A stretch of DNA of 64,000 nt, taken from NCBI GenBank assembly GCA_964016885.1, contig OZ024740.1:433194001-433258000 (forward strand), read 5' to 3'. The notes under the pieces were generated by a model. It did no database searches and was not told the origin of the DNA. It was given only the letters and a program-made list of their open reading frames with translations. The position numbers were made by a program, and so were the translations under genes. How positions within the stretch are numbered: the stretch's first letter is position 1; the number at the start of each line of letters is the position of its first letter. Below are positions 40,101 to 53,689 of the stretch, in pieces. Origin of the DNA: Eledone cirrhosa (taxonomy: Eukaryota).

Positions 40101-43100
40101 AGTCTGCCCTCCTCTATTGTCTATGGGGTACACCTGAGATATACTGTATAACCATGGGTATAGAGTCTGCCCTCCCCTATTGTCTATGGGGTACTCCTGA
40201 GATATACTGTATAACCAAGGGTATAGAGTCTGGTCTCCCCTATTGTCTATGGGGTACTCTTGAGATATACTGTATAACCAAGGGTATAGAGTCTGCCCTC
40301 CCCTATTGTCTATGGGGTACACCTGAGATATACTGTATAACCATGGGTATAGAGTCTGCCCTCCCCTATTGTCTATGGGGTACACCTGAGATATACTGTA
40401 TAACCATGGGTATAGAGTCTGCCCTCCCCTATTGTCTATGGGGTACACCTGAGATATACTGTATAACCAAGGGTATAGAGTCTGGTCTCCCCTATTGTCT
40501 ATGGGGTACACCTGAGATATACTGTATAACCAAGGGTATAGAGTCTGGTCTCCCCTATTGTCTATGGGGTACACCTGAGATATACTGTATAACCAAGGGT
40601 ATAGAGTCTGCCCTCCCCTATTGTCTATGGGGTACACCTGAGATATACTGTATAACCAAGAGTATAGAGTCTGCCCTCCTCTATTGTCTATGGGGTACAC
40701 CTGAGATATACTGTATAACCATGGGTATAGAGTCTGCCCTCCCCTATTGTCTATGGGGTACTCCTGAGATATACTGTATAACCAAGGGTATAGAGTCTGC
40801 CCTCCCCTATTGTCTATGGGGTACACCTGAGATATACTGTATAACCATGGGTATAGAGTCTGCCCTCCCCTATTGTCTATGGGGTACTCCTGAGATATAC
40901 TGTATAACCATGGGTATAGAGTCTGCCCTCCCCTATTGTCTATGGGGTACTCCTGAGATATACTGTATAACCAAGAGTATAGAGTCTGCCCTCCCCTATT
41001 GTCTATGGGGTACTCTTGAGATATACTGTATAACCAAGGGTATAGAGTCTGCCCTCCCCTATTGTCTATGGGGTACTCTTGAGATATACTGTATAACCAA
41101 GAGTATAGAGTCTGGTCTCCCCTATTGTCTATGGGGTACTCTTGAGATATACTGTATAACCAAGGGTATAGAGTCTGGTCTCCCCTATTGTCTATGGGGT
41201 ACTCTTGAGATATACTGTATAACCAAGGGTATAGAGTCTGCCCTCCCCTATTGTCTATGGGGTACACCTGAGATATACTGTATAACCATGGGTATAGAGT
41301 CTGCCCTCCCCTATTGTCTATGGGGTACACCTGAGATATACTGTATAACCATGGGTATAGAGTCTGGTCTCCCCTATTGTCTATGGGGTACTCCTGAGAT
41401 ATACTGTATAACCAAGGGTATAGAGTCTGCCCTCCCCTATTGTCTATGGGGTACACCTGAGATATACTGTATAACCAAGGGTATAGAGTCTGCCCTCCCC
41501 TATTGTCTATGGGGTACACCTGAGATATACTGTATAACCATGGGTATAGAGTCTGCCCTCCCCTATTGTCTATGGGGTACTCCTGAGATATACTGTATAA
41601 CCATGGGTATAGAGTCTGCCCTCCCCTATTGTCTATGGGGTACACCTGAGATATACTGTATAACCATGGGTATAGAGTCTGCCCTCCCCTATTGTCTATG
41701 GGGTACACCTGAGATATACTGTATAACCATGGGTATAGAGTCTGCCCTCCCCTATTGTCTATGGGGTACACCTGAGATATACTGTATAACCATGGGTATA
41801 GAGTCTGCCCTCCCCTATTGTCTATGGGGTACTCCTGAGATATACTGTATAACCATGGGTATAGAGTCTGCCCTCCCCTATTGTCTATGGGGTACTCTTG
41901 AGATATACTGTATAACCATGGGTATAGAGTCTGCCCTCCCCTATTGTCTATGGGGTACACCTGAGATATACTGTATAACCATGGGTATAGAGTCTGCCCT
42001 CCCCTATTGTCTATGGGGTACACCTGAGATATACTGTATAACCATGGGTATAGAGTCTGCCCTCCCCTATTGTCTATGGGGTACTCTTGAGATATACTGT
42101 ATAACCATGGGTATAGAGTCTGCCCTCCCCTATTGTCTATGGGGTACACCTGAGATATACTGTATAACCATGGGTATAGAGTCTGCCCTCCCCTATTGTC
42201 TATGGGGTACACCTGAGATATACTGTATAACCATGGGTATAGAGTCTGCCCTCCCCTATTGTCTATGGGGTACTCTTGAGATATACTGTATAACCATGGG
42301 TATAGAGTCTGGTCTCCCCTATTGTCTATGGGGTACACCTGAGATATACTGTATAACCATGGGTATAGAGTCTGGTCTCCCCTATTGTCTATGGGGTACA
42401 CCTGAGATATACTGTATAACCAAGGGTATAGAGTCTGCCCTCCCCTATTGTCTATGGGGTACACCTGAGATATACTGTATAACCAAGGGTATAGAGTCTG
42501 CCCTCCCCTATTGTCTATGGGGTACTCCTGAGATATACTGTATAACCAAGAGTATAGAGTCTGCCCTCCCCTATTGTCTATGGGGTACTCCTGAGATATA
42601 CTGTATAACCATGGGTATAGAGTCTGCCCTCCCCTATTGTCTATGGGGTACACCTGAGATATACTGTATAACCATGGGTATAGAGTCTGGTCTCCCCTAT
42701 TGTCTATGGGGTACACCTGAGATATACTGTATAACCAAGGGTATAGAGTCTGCCCTCCCCTATTGTCTATGGGGTACACCTGAGATATACTGTATAACCA
42801 AGGGTATAGAGTCTGCCCTCCCCTATTGTCTATGGGGTACACCTGAGATATACTGTATAACCAAGGGTATAGAGTCTGCCCTCCCCTATTGTCTATGGGG
42901 TACTCCTGAGATATACTGTATAACCAAGAGTATAGAGTCTGCCCTCCCCTATTGTCTATGGGGTACTCCTGAGATATACTGTATAACCATGGGTATAGAG
43001 TCTGCCCTCCCCTATTGTCTATGGGGTACACCTGAGATATACTGTATAACCATGGGTATAGAGTCTGGTCTCCCCTATTGTCTATGGGGTACACCTGAGA

Positions 43101-46100
43101 TATACTGTATAACCAAGGGTATAGAGTCTGCCCTCCCCTATTGTCTATGGGGTACACCTGAGATATACTGTATAACCAAGGGTATAGAGTCTGCCCTCCC
43201 CTATTGTCTATGGGGTACACCTGAGATATACTGTATAACCATGGGTATAGAGTCTGCCCTCCCCTATTGTCTATGGGGTACACCTGAGATATACTGTATA
43301 ACCATGGGTATAGAGTCTGCCCTCCCCTATTGTCTATGGGGTACACCTGAGATATACTGTATAACCAAGGGTATAGAGTCTGCCCTCCCCTATTGTCTAT
43401 GGGGTACACCTGAGATATACTGTATAACCATGGGTATAGAGTCTGCCCTCCCCTATTGTCTATGGGGTACACCTGAGATATACTGTATAACCAAGGGTAT
43501 AGAGTCTGCCCTCCCCTATTGTCTATGGGGTACACCTGAGATATACTGTATAACCAAGAGTATAGAGTCTGCCCTCCCCTATTGTCTATGGGGTACACCT
43601 GAGATATACTGTATAACCATGGGTATAGAGTCTGGTCTCCCCTATTGTCTATGGGGTACACCTGAGATATACTGTATAACCATGGGTATAGAGTCTGGTC
43701 TCCCCTATTGTCTATGGGGTACACCTGAGATATACTGTATAACCATGGGTATAGAGTCTGGTCTCCCCCTTTTGTCTATGGGGTACACCTGAGATATACT
43801 GTATAACCAAGAGTATAGAGTCTGCCCTCCCCTATTGTCTATGGGGTACTCCTGAGATATACTGTATAACCAAGAGTATAGAGTCTGCCCTCCCCTATTG
43901 TCTATGGGGTACACCTGAGATATACTGTATAACCATGGGTATAGAGTCTGCCCTCCCCTATTGTCTATGGGGTACACCTGAGATATACTGTATAACCATG
44001 GGTATAGAGTCTGCCCTCCCCTATTGTCTATGGGGTACACCTGAGATATACTGTATAACCAAGGGTATAGAGTCTGCCCTCCCCTATTGTCTATGGGGTA
44101 CACCTGAGATATACTGTATAACCAAGGGTATAGAGTCTGCCCTCCCCTATTGTCTATGGGGTACACCTGAGATATACTGTATAACCATGGGTATAGAGTC
44201 TGCCCGCCCCTATTGTCTATGGGGTACACCTGAGATATACTGTATAACCATGGGTATAGAGTCTGGTCTCCGCTATTGTCTATGGGGTACACCTGAGATA
44301 TACTGTATAACCAAGGGTATAGAGTCTGCCCTCCCCTATTGTCTATGGGGTACACCTGAGATATACTGTATAACCATGGGTATAGAGTCTGCCCTCCCCT
44401 ATTGTCTATGGGGTACACCTGAGATATACTGTATAACCAAGGGTATAGAGTCTGCCCTCCTCTATTGTCTATGGGGTACACCTGAGATATACTGTATAAC
44501 CATGGGTATAGAGTCTGGTCTCCCCTATTGTCTATGGGGTACACCTGAGATATACTGTATAACCAAGGGTATAGAGTCTGGTCTCCCCTATTGTCTATGG
44601 GGTACACCTGAGATATACTGTATAACCAAGGGTATAGAGTCTGGTCTCCCCTATTGTCTATGGGGTACACCTGAGATATACTGTATAACCAAGGGTATAG
44701 AGTCTGCCCTCCCCTATTGTCTATGGGGTACACCTGAGATATACTGTATAACCAAGAGTATAGAGTCTGCCCTCCCCTATTGTCTATGGGGTACTCCTGA
44801 GATATACTGTATAACCAAGGGTATAGAGTCTGCCCTCCCCTATTGTCTATGGGGTACACCTGAGATATACTGTATAACCAAGGGTATAGAGTCTGGTCTC
44901 CCCTATTGTCTATGGGGTACACCTGAGATATACTGTATAACCATGGGTATAGAGTCTGGTCTCCCCCTTTTGTCTATGGGGTACTCCTGAGATATACTGT
45001 ATAACCATGGGTATAGAGTCTGGTCTCCCCCTTTTGTCTATGGGGTACACCTGAGATATACTGTATAACCAAGGGTATAGAGTCTGGTCTCCCCTATTGT
45101 CTATGGGGTACTCCTGAGATATACTGTATAACCATGGGTATAGAGTCTGCCCTCCCCTTTTGTCTATGGGGTACTCTTGAGATATACTGTATAACCATGG
45201 GTATAGAGTCTGGTCTCCCCCTTTTGTCTATGGGGTACTCTTGAGATATACTGTATAACCATGGGTATAGAGTCTGGTCTCCCCTTTTGTCTATGGGGTA
45301 CACCTGAGATATACTGTATAACCATGGGTATAGAGTCTGGTCTCCCCTATTGTCTATGGGGTACTCCTGAGATATACTGTATAACCATGGGTATAGAGTC
45401 TGGTCTCCCCCTTTTGTCTATGGGGTACACCTGAGATATACTGTATAACCAAGGGTATAGAGTCTGGTCTCCCCTTTTGTCTATGGGGTACTCTTGAGAT
45501 ATACTGTATAACCATGGGTATAGAGTCTGGTCTCCCCTTTTGTCTATGGGGTACACCTGAGATATACTGTATAACCATGGGTATAGAGTCTGGTCTCCCC
45601 TATTGTCTATGGGGTACTCCTGAGATATACTGTATAACCATGGGTATAGAGTCTGGTCTCCCCCTTTTGTCTATGGGGTACACCTGAGATATACTGTATA
45701 ACCAAGGGTATAGAGTCTGGTCTCCCCTTTTGTCTATGGGGTACACCTGAGATATACTGTATAACCATGGGTATAGAGTCTGGTCTCCCCTTTTGTCTAT
45801 GGGGTACACCTGAGATATACTGTATAACCATGGGTATAGAGTCTGGTCTCCCCCTTTTGTCTATGGGGTACACCTGAGATATACTGTATAACCATGGGTA
45901 TAGAGTCTGGTCTCCCCTTTTGTCTATGGGGTACACCTGAGATATACTGTATAACCATGGGTATAGAGTCTGGTCTCCCCCTTTTGTCTATGGGGTACAC
46001 CTGAGATATACTGTATAACCATGGGTATAGAGTCTGGTCTCCCCTTTTGTCTATGGGGTACACCTGAGATATACTGTATAACCATGGGTATAGAGTCTGG

Positions 46101-49100
46101 TCTCCCCCTTTTGTCTATGGGGTACACCTGAGATATACTGTATAACCAAGGGTATAGAGTCTGGTCTCCCCTTTTGTCTATGGGGTACACCTGAGATATA
46201 CTGTATAACCAAGGGTATAGAGTCTGCCCTCCCCTATTGTCTATGGGGTACACCTGAGATATACTGTATAACCAAGGGTATAGAGTCTGGTCTCCCCTAT
46301 TGTCTATGGGGTACTCCTGAGATATACTGTATAACCAAGGGTATAGAGTCTGCCCTCCTCTATTGTCTATGGGGTACACCTGAGATATACTGTATAACCA
46401 TGGGTATAGAGTCTGGTCTCCCCTATTGTCTATGGGGTACACCTGAGATATACTGTATAACCATGGGTATAGAGTCTGCCCTCCCCTATTGTCTATGGGG
46501 TACACCTGAGATATACTGTATAACCATGGGTATAGAGTCTGGTCTCCCCTATTGTCTATGGGGTACACCTGAGATATACTGTATAACCATGGGTATAGAG
46601 TCTGGTCTCCCCTATTGTCTATGGGGTACACCTGAGATATACTGTATAACCAAGGGTATAGAGTCTGCCCTCCTCTATTGTCTATGGGGTACACCTGAGA
46701 TATACTGTATAACCATGGGTATAGAGTCTGCCCTCCCCTATTGTCTATGGGGTACACCTGAGATATACTGTATAACCATGGGTATAGAGTCTGCCCTCCC
46801 CTATTGTCTATGGGGTACACCTGAGATATACTGTATAACCATGGGTATAGAGTCTGGTCTCCCCTATTGTCTATGGGGTACACCTGAGATATACTGTATA
46901 ACCATGGGTATAGAGTCTGGTCTCCCCTATTGTCTATGGGGTACACCTGAGATATACTGTATAACCAAGGGTATAGAGTCTGCCCTCCCCTATTGTCTAT
47001 GGGGTACACCTGAGATATACTGTATAACCATGGGTATAGAGTCTGGTCTCCCCTATTGTCTATGGGGTACACCTGAGATATACTGTATAACCATGGGTAT
47101 AGAGTCTGCCCTCCCCTATTGTCTATGGGGTACACCTGAGATATACTGTATAACCATGGGTATAGAGTCTGGTCTCCCCTATTGTCTATGGGGTACACCT
47201 GAGATATACTGTATAACCATGGGTATAGAGTCTGGTCTCCCCTATTGTCTATGGGGTACACCTGAGATATACTGTATAACCAAGGGTATAGAGTCTGCCC
47301 TCCTCTATTGTCTATGGGGTACACCTGAGATATACTGTATAACCATGGGTATAGAGTCTGCCCTCCCCTATTGTCTATGGGGTACACCTGAGATATACTG
47401 TATAACCATGGGTATAGAGTCTGGTCTCCCCTATTGTCTATGGGGTACACCTGAGATATACTGTATAACCATGGGTATAGAGTCTGGTCTCCCCTATTGT
47501 CTATGGGGTACACCTGAGATATACTGTATAACCAAGGGTATAGAGTCTGCCCTCCCCTATTGTCTATGGGGTACACCTGAGATATACTGTATAACCATGG
47601 GTATAGAGTCTGGTCTCCCCTATTGTCTATGGGGTACACCTGAGATATACTGTATAACCATGGGTATAGAGTCTGCCCTCCCCTATTGTCTATGGGGTAC
47701 ACCTGAGATATACTGTATAACCATGGGTATAGAGTCTGGTCTCCCCTATTGTCTATGGGGTACACCTGAGATATACTGTATAACCATGGGTATAGAGTCT
47801 GGTCTCCCCTATTGTCTATGGGGTACACCTGAGATATACTGTATAACCAAGGGTATAGAGTCTGCCCTCCTCTATTGTCTATGGGGTACACCTGAGATAT
47901 ACTGTATAACCATGGGTATAGAGTCTGCCCTCCCCTATTGTCTATGGGGTACACCTGAGATATACTGTATAACCATGGGTATAGAGTCTGGTCTCCCCTA
48001 TTGTCTATGGGGTACACCTGAGATATACTGTATAACCATGGGTATAGAGTCTGGTCTCCCCTATTGTCTATGGGGTACACCTGAGATATACTGTATAACC
48101 AAGGGTATAGAGTCTGCCCTCCCCTATTGTCTATGGGGTACACCTGAGATATACTGTATAACCATGGGTATAGAGTCTGGTCTCCCCTATTGTCTATGGG
48201 GTACACCTGAGATATACTGTATAACCATGGGTATAGAGTCTGGTCTCCCCTATTGTCTATGGGGTACACCTGAGATATACTGTATAACCAAGGGTATAGA
48301 GTCTGCCCTCCCCTATTGTCTATGGGGTACACCTGAGATATACTGTATAACCATGGGTATAGAGTCTGGTCTCCCCTATTGTCTATGGGGTACACCTGAG
48401 ATATACTGTATAACCATGGGTATAGAGTCTGGTCTCCCCTATTGTCTATGGGGTACACCTGAGATATACTGTATAACCATGGGTATAGAGTCTGGTCTCC
48501 CCTATTGTCTATGGGGTACACCTGAGATATACTGTATAACCATGGGTATAGAGTCTGGTCTCCCCTATTGTCTATGGGGTACACCTGAGATATACTGTAT
48601 AACCAAGGGTATAGAGTCTGCCCTCCCCTATTGTCTATGGGGTACACCTGAGATATACTGTATAACCAAGGGTATAGAGTCTGCCCTCCCCTATTGTCTA
48701 TGGGGTACACCTGAGATATACTGTATAACCATGGGTATAGAGTCTGGTCTCCCCTATTGTCTATGGGGTACTCCTGAGATATACTGTATAACCATGGGTA
48801 TAGAGTCTGCCCTCCCCTATTGTCTATGGGGTACACCTGAGATATACTGTATAACCAAGGGTATAGAGTCTGCCCTCCCCTATTGTCTATGGGGTACACC
48901 TGAGATATACTGTATAACCAAGGGTATAGAGTCTGCCCTCCCCTATTGTCTATGGGGTACACCTGAGATATACTGTATAACCATGGGTATAGAGTCTGCC
49001 CTCCCCTATTGTCTATGGGGTACACCTGAGATATACTGTATAACCAAGGGTATAGAGTCTGCCCTCCCCTATTGTCTATGGGGTACACCTGAGATATACT

Positions 49101-52100
49101 GTATAACCATGGGTATAGAGTCTGGTCTCCCCTATTGTCTATGGGGTACTCCTGAGATATACTGTATAACCAAGGGTATAGAGTCTGCCCTCCCCTATTG
49201 TCTATGGGGTACACCTGAGATATACTGTATAACCATGGGTATAGAGTCTGCCCTCCCCTATTGTCTATGGGGTACTCCTGAGATATACTGTATAACCAAG
49301 GGTATAGAGTCTGGTCTCCCCTATTGTCTATGGGGTACACCTGAGATATACTGTATAACCAAGGGTATAGAGTCTGCCCTCCCCTATTGTCTATGGGGTA
49401 CACCTGAGATATACTGTATAACCATGGGTATAGAGTCTGGTCTCCCCTATTGTCTATGGGGTACACCTGAGATATACTGTATAACCAAGGGTATAGAGTC
49501 TGCCCTCCCCTATTGTCTATGGGGTACACCTGAGATATACTGTATAACCATGGGTATAGAGTCTGCCCTCCCCTATTGTCTATGGGGTACTCCTGAGATA
49601 TACTGTATAACCAAGGGTATAGAGTCTGGTCTCCCCTATTGTCTATGGGGTACACCTGAGATATACTGTATAACCAAGGGTATAGAGTCTGCCCTCCCCT
49701 ATTGTCTATGGGGTACACCTGAGATATACTGTATAACCATGGGTATAGAGTCTGGTCTCCCCTATTGTCTATGGGGTACACCTGAGATATACTGTATAAC
49801 CAAGGGTATAGAGTCTGCCCTCCCCTATTGTCTATGGGGTACACCTGAGATATACTGTATAACCATGGGTATAGAGTCTGCCCTCCCCTATTGTCTATGG
49901 GGTACACCTGAGATATACTGTATAACCAAGAGTATAGAGTCTGCCCTCCCCTATTGTCTATGGGGTACACCTGAGATATACTGTATAACCAAGAGTATAG
50001 AGTCTGCCCTCCCCTATTGTCTATGGGGTACACCTGAGATATACTGTATAACCATGGGTATAGAGTCTGGTCTCCCCTATTGTCTATGGGGTACACCTGA
50101 GATATACTGTATAACCAAGGGTATAGAGTCTGCCCTCCCCTATTGTCTATGGGGTACACCTGAGATATACTGTATAACCATGGGTATAGAGTCTGCCCTC
50201 CCCTATTGTCTATGGGGTACACCTGAGATATACTGTATAACCAAGAGTATAGAGTCTGCCCTCCCCTATTGTCTATGGGGTACACCTGAGATATACTGTA
50301 TAACCATGGGTATAGAGTCTGCCCTCCCCTATTGTCTATGGGGTACACCTGAGATATACTGTATAACCAAGGGTATAGAGTCTGCCCTCCCCTATTGTCT
50401 ATGGGGTACACCTGAGATATACTGTATAACCATGGGTATAGAGTCTGCCCTCCCCTATTGTCTATGGGGTACACCTGAGATATACTGTATAACCATGGGT
50501 ATAGAGTCTGCCCTCCCCTATTGTCTATGGGGTACACCTGAGATATACTGTATAACCATGGGTATAGAGTCTGCCCTCCCCTATTGTCTATGGGGTACAC
50601 CTGAGATATACTGTATAACCATGGGTATAGAGTCTGCCCTCCCCTATTGTCTATGGGGTACACCTGAGATATACTGTATAACCAAGGGTATAGAGTCTGG
50701 TCTCCTCTATTGTCTATGGGGTACTCCTGAGATATACTGTATAACCATGGGTATAGAGTCTGCCCTCCCCTATTGTCTATGGGGTACACCTGAGATATAC
50801 TGTATAACCATGGGTATAGAGTCTGCCCTCCCCTATTGTCTATGGGGTACACCTGAGATATACTGTATAACCATGGGTATAGAGTCTGCCCTCCCCTATT
50901 GTCTATGGGGTACACCTGAGATATACTGTATAACCATGGGTATAGAGTCTGCCCTCCCCTATTGTCTATGGGGTACACCTGAGATATACTGTATAACCAT
51001 GGGTATAGAGTCTGCCCTCCCCTATTGTCTATGGGGTACACCTGAGATATACTGTATAACCATGGGTATAGAGTCTGCCCTCCCCTATTGTCTATGGGGT
51101 ACACCTGAGATATACTGTATAACCATGGGTATAGAGTCTGCCCTCCCCTATTGTCTATGGGGTACACCTGAGATATACTGTATAACCAAGGGTATAGAGT
51201 CTGGTCTCCTCTATTGTCTATGGGGTACTCCTGAGATATACTGTATAACCATGGGTATAGAGTCTGCCCTCCCCTATTGTCTATGGGGTACACCTGAGAT
51301 ATACTGTATAACCATGGGTATAGAGTCTGCCCTCCCCTATTGTCTATGGGGTACACCTGAGATATACTGTATAACCATGGGTATAGAGTCTGCCCTCCCC
51401 TATTGTCTATGGGGTACACCTGAGATATACTGTATAACCATGGGTATAGAGTCTGCCCTCCCCTATTGTCTATGGGGTACACCTGAGATATACTGTATAA
51501 CCATGGGTATAGAGTCTGCCCTCCCCTATTGTCTATGGGGTACACCTGAGATATACTGTATAACCATGGGTATAGAGTCTGCCCTCCCCTATTGTCTATG
51601 GGGTACACCTGAGATATACTGTATAACCATGGGTATAGAGTCTGCCCTCCCCTATTGTCTATGGGGTACACCTGAGATATACTGTATAACCATGGGTATA
51701 GAGTCTGCCCTCCCCTATTGTCTATGGGGTACACCTGAGATATACTGTATAACCAAGGGTATAGAGTCTGGTCTCCTCTATTGTCTATGGGGTACTCCTG
51801 AGATATACTGTATAACCAAGGGTATAGAGTCTGCCCTCCTCTATTGTCTATGGGGTACACCTGAGATATACTGTATAACCATGGGTATAGAGTCTGCCCT
51901 CCCCTATTGTCTATGGGGTACACCTGAGATATACTGTATAACCAAGGGTATAGAGTCTGGTCTCCTCTATTGTCTATGGGGTACTCCTGAGATATACTGT
52001 ATAACCAAGGGTATAGAGTCTGCCCTCCTCTATTGTCTATGGGGTACACCTGAGATATACTGTATAACCAAGGGTATAGAGTCTGCCCTCCTCTATTGTC

Positions 52101-52167
52101 TATGGGGTACACCTGAGATATACTGTATAACCAAGGGTATAGAGTCTGGTCTCCCCCTTTTGTCTAT
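34173..52167. repeat. 63-bp satellite, consensus AGTCTGCCCTCCCCTATTGTCTATGGGGTACACCTGAGATATACTGTATAACCA(T/A)GGGTATAG, ~285 copies
   Basis: Directly visible tandem array with both ends inside the window; more diverged at the left end, homogeneous at the right. Confidence 0.99.
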
Positions 52168-52249
52168 TTTGACATTATTTATTTTGTTTATTATGTGAAA
52201 TGTTTATGTTTATAAAATTCCTGTGATAAAGACTTGGAGCTACCCTTAC

Positions 52250-52358
52250 CTTGATGTACTTGATGAGGTGGAACCGCTAGGCTTTTCATTGAATGCTACA
52301 GGCTCATAGCTTGCCCCTGCTTTACTGTTTGTTGCTTTTGGATGGGAATGTTTATCAT
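52250..52358 (-). CDS. Putative host-gene exon C (109 nt, phase 1-2): (D)DKHSHPKATNSKAGASYEPVAFNEKPSGSTSSSTS(R)
   Basis: Minus strand reads tgttttgatctgcag|ATGATAAAC...ACATCAAG|gtaagg. Consensus donor, a GC-richer island in AT-rich flanks, and open in the phase left by exon B. Confidence 0.72.
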
Positions 52359-52451
52359 CTGCAGATCAAAACATTTAGATTTCATTAAAAACAAAAACTG
52401 AAAATTTATTTATAAAATTAATTATATAAAAATTCATGAAAGTTTTAAATT

Positions 52452-53664
52452 AATAACTATTTAGGAAGGAAAATAGGGCACCGGTCCCATCCGGGAAATG
52501 GCCATGCTCAGTGTGTAGGAAAGGAGTACGCAGAAACTCCATTTTATGTCCCAAATGCAAAGTATGGGTGCATAAAAGATGTAGTGGGATCACAGGTAAG
52601 TTAACTAAGAATATAGATTTTATATGTGGCCGGTGCTCTGGTGCAATAAGTAGCAGCAAGTGCCCACAGAATACTAGCTCATTCCATTGCACAGATGGTT
52701 CTAGAGAAATAGTGGACACCTGCCGTTACAGTAGTGGTGGAGGGTGCTCTGAAAGTACAGTAGCTAGAGTCAGAACGGGATGGAAAAAGTTAAGAGAGCT
52801 TATACCACGATTAGCCGCTAAAGGGTTCTCTCTAAAAATGAAAGGCAGGCTGTATGATGCCTGCATACGAACAGAAATGTTACATGGCAGTGAGACATGG
52901 GCATTGTGTGCAGAGGATATATGCAGACTGGAGAGGAACAAAGCTTGCATGCTCCGCTGGATGTGTAATAGTAATATACGTGAACAGCAAAGCATAAACG
53001 AACTAAGGGAAAAATTAGAAATAAGAGGGATCAGATGTTGTTTACTCGAGAGAAGACTACGTTGGTATGGTCACGTGATGCGCATGAAAGACGACAGCTG
53101 TATAAAAAAGTGCAGGGCAATAAAAATAGACGGTAGCCACAGAGTAGGCAGATCCAGAAAAACCTGGGACGACTTGATAAATTCCGACCTGACACACTTA
53201 CACCTCTCCAAGACAATGTGTCACTTGACCGAGATCTTTGGCGCTACACAGTAATAGAGAAGACCTGCCTTACCTAAGTGCAAAGTGAAACCTACCACAG
53301 TCAGTAGGCACCTCTAACAAAAATAAACCCCAGTCCCACTACCCCCACCCCATCCACACCACCCATTTCAATGTAAAGTTATGTTGGTACCACAACATCC
53401 AGTCCGAAACAAATGAGGTTGTGTAGGTAACAAAAAAACACACAGTCCACGCTGTAATGTGGCCGTGTAGGTAACACAGTAAAAACCTTCCAGTCCACAC
53501 TGTAAATGTGGTTGGTGTTAGGAAGGGCATCCAGCTGTAGAAAACCCGCCAGACAGTCCTATACGAGCAAGACAACCACTCTTGCCTCAAGTGGGAAAAC
53601 TCGCGTCCAAACCCATGCAAGCGTGGAAGATGGACGTTAAACGATGATGATGATGATGATGATG
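52452..53664 (+). mobile_element. 5'-truncated, decayed RTE-clade LINE (copy 3, same subfamily as copy 1)
   Basis: SGKWPCSVCRKGVRRNSILCPKCKVWVHKRCSG...LHGSETW...RRLRWYGHVMRM. Has a 15-bp deletion (LGDKI) and a late frameshift relative to copy 1; (GAT)n tail then (TA)n. Confidence 0.92.
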
Positions 53665-53689
53665 TCTGTGTATATATATATATGTATTG

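Noticed and set aside
1-52167. CRISPR-like appearance of ~33-bp and 63-bp periodicity
   Set aside because: Monomers are contiguous with no unique spacers, there are no cas genes, and the context is eukaryotic.
34173-52167. CAG|GT in most 63-bp monomers on the sense strand as repeated recursive splice sites
   Set aside because: No polypyrimidine tract, a poor donor (GTGTAC), and many monomers carry CAGGAG or AAGAG instead.
36535-52198. Up to 2062-aa ORFs on both strands of the 63-bp array
   Set aside because: A monomer length divisible by 3 gives open frames on both strands; +1 insertions and stops are tolerated; no non-repeat coding context.
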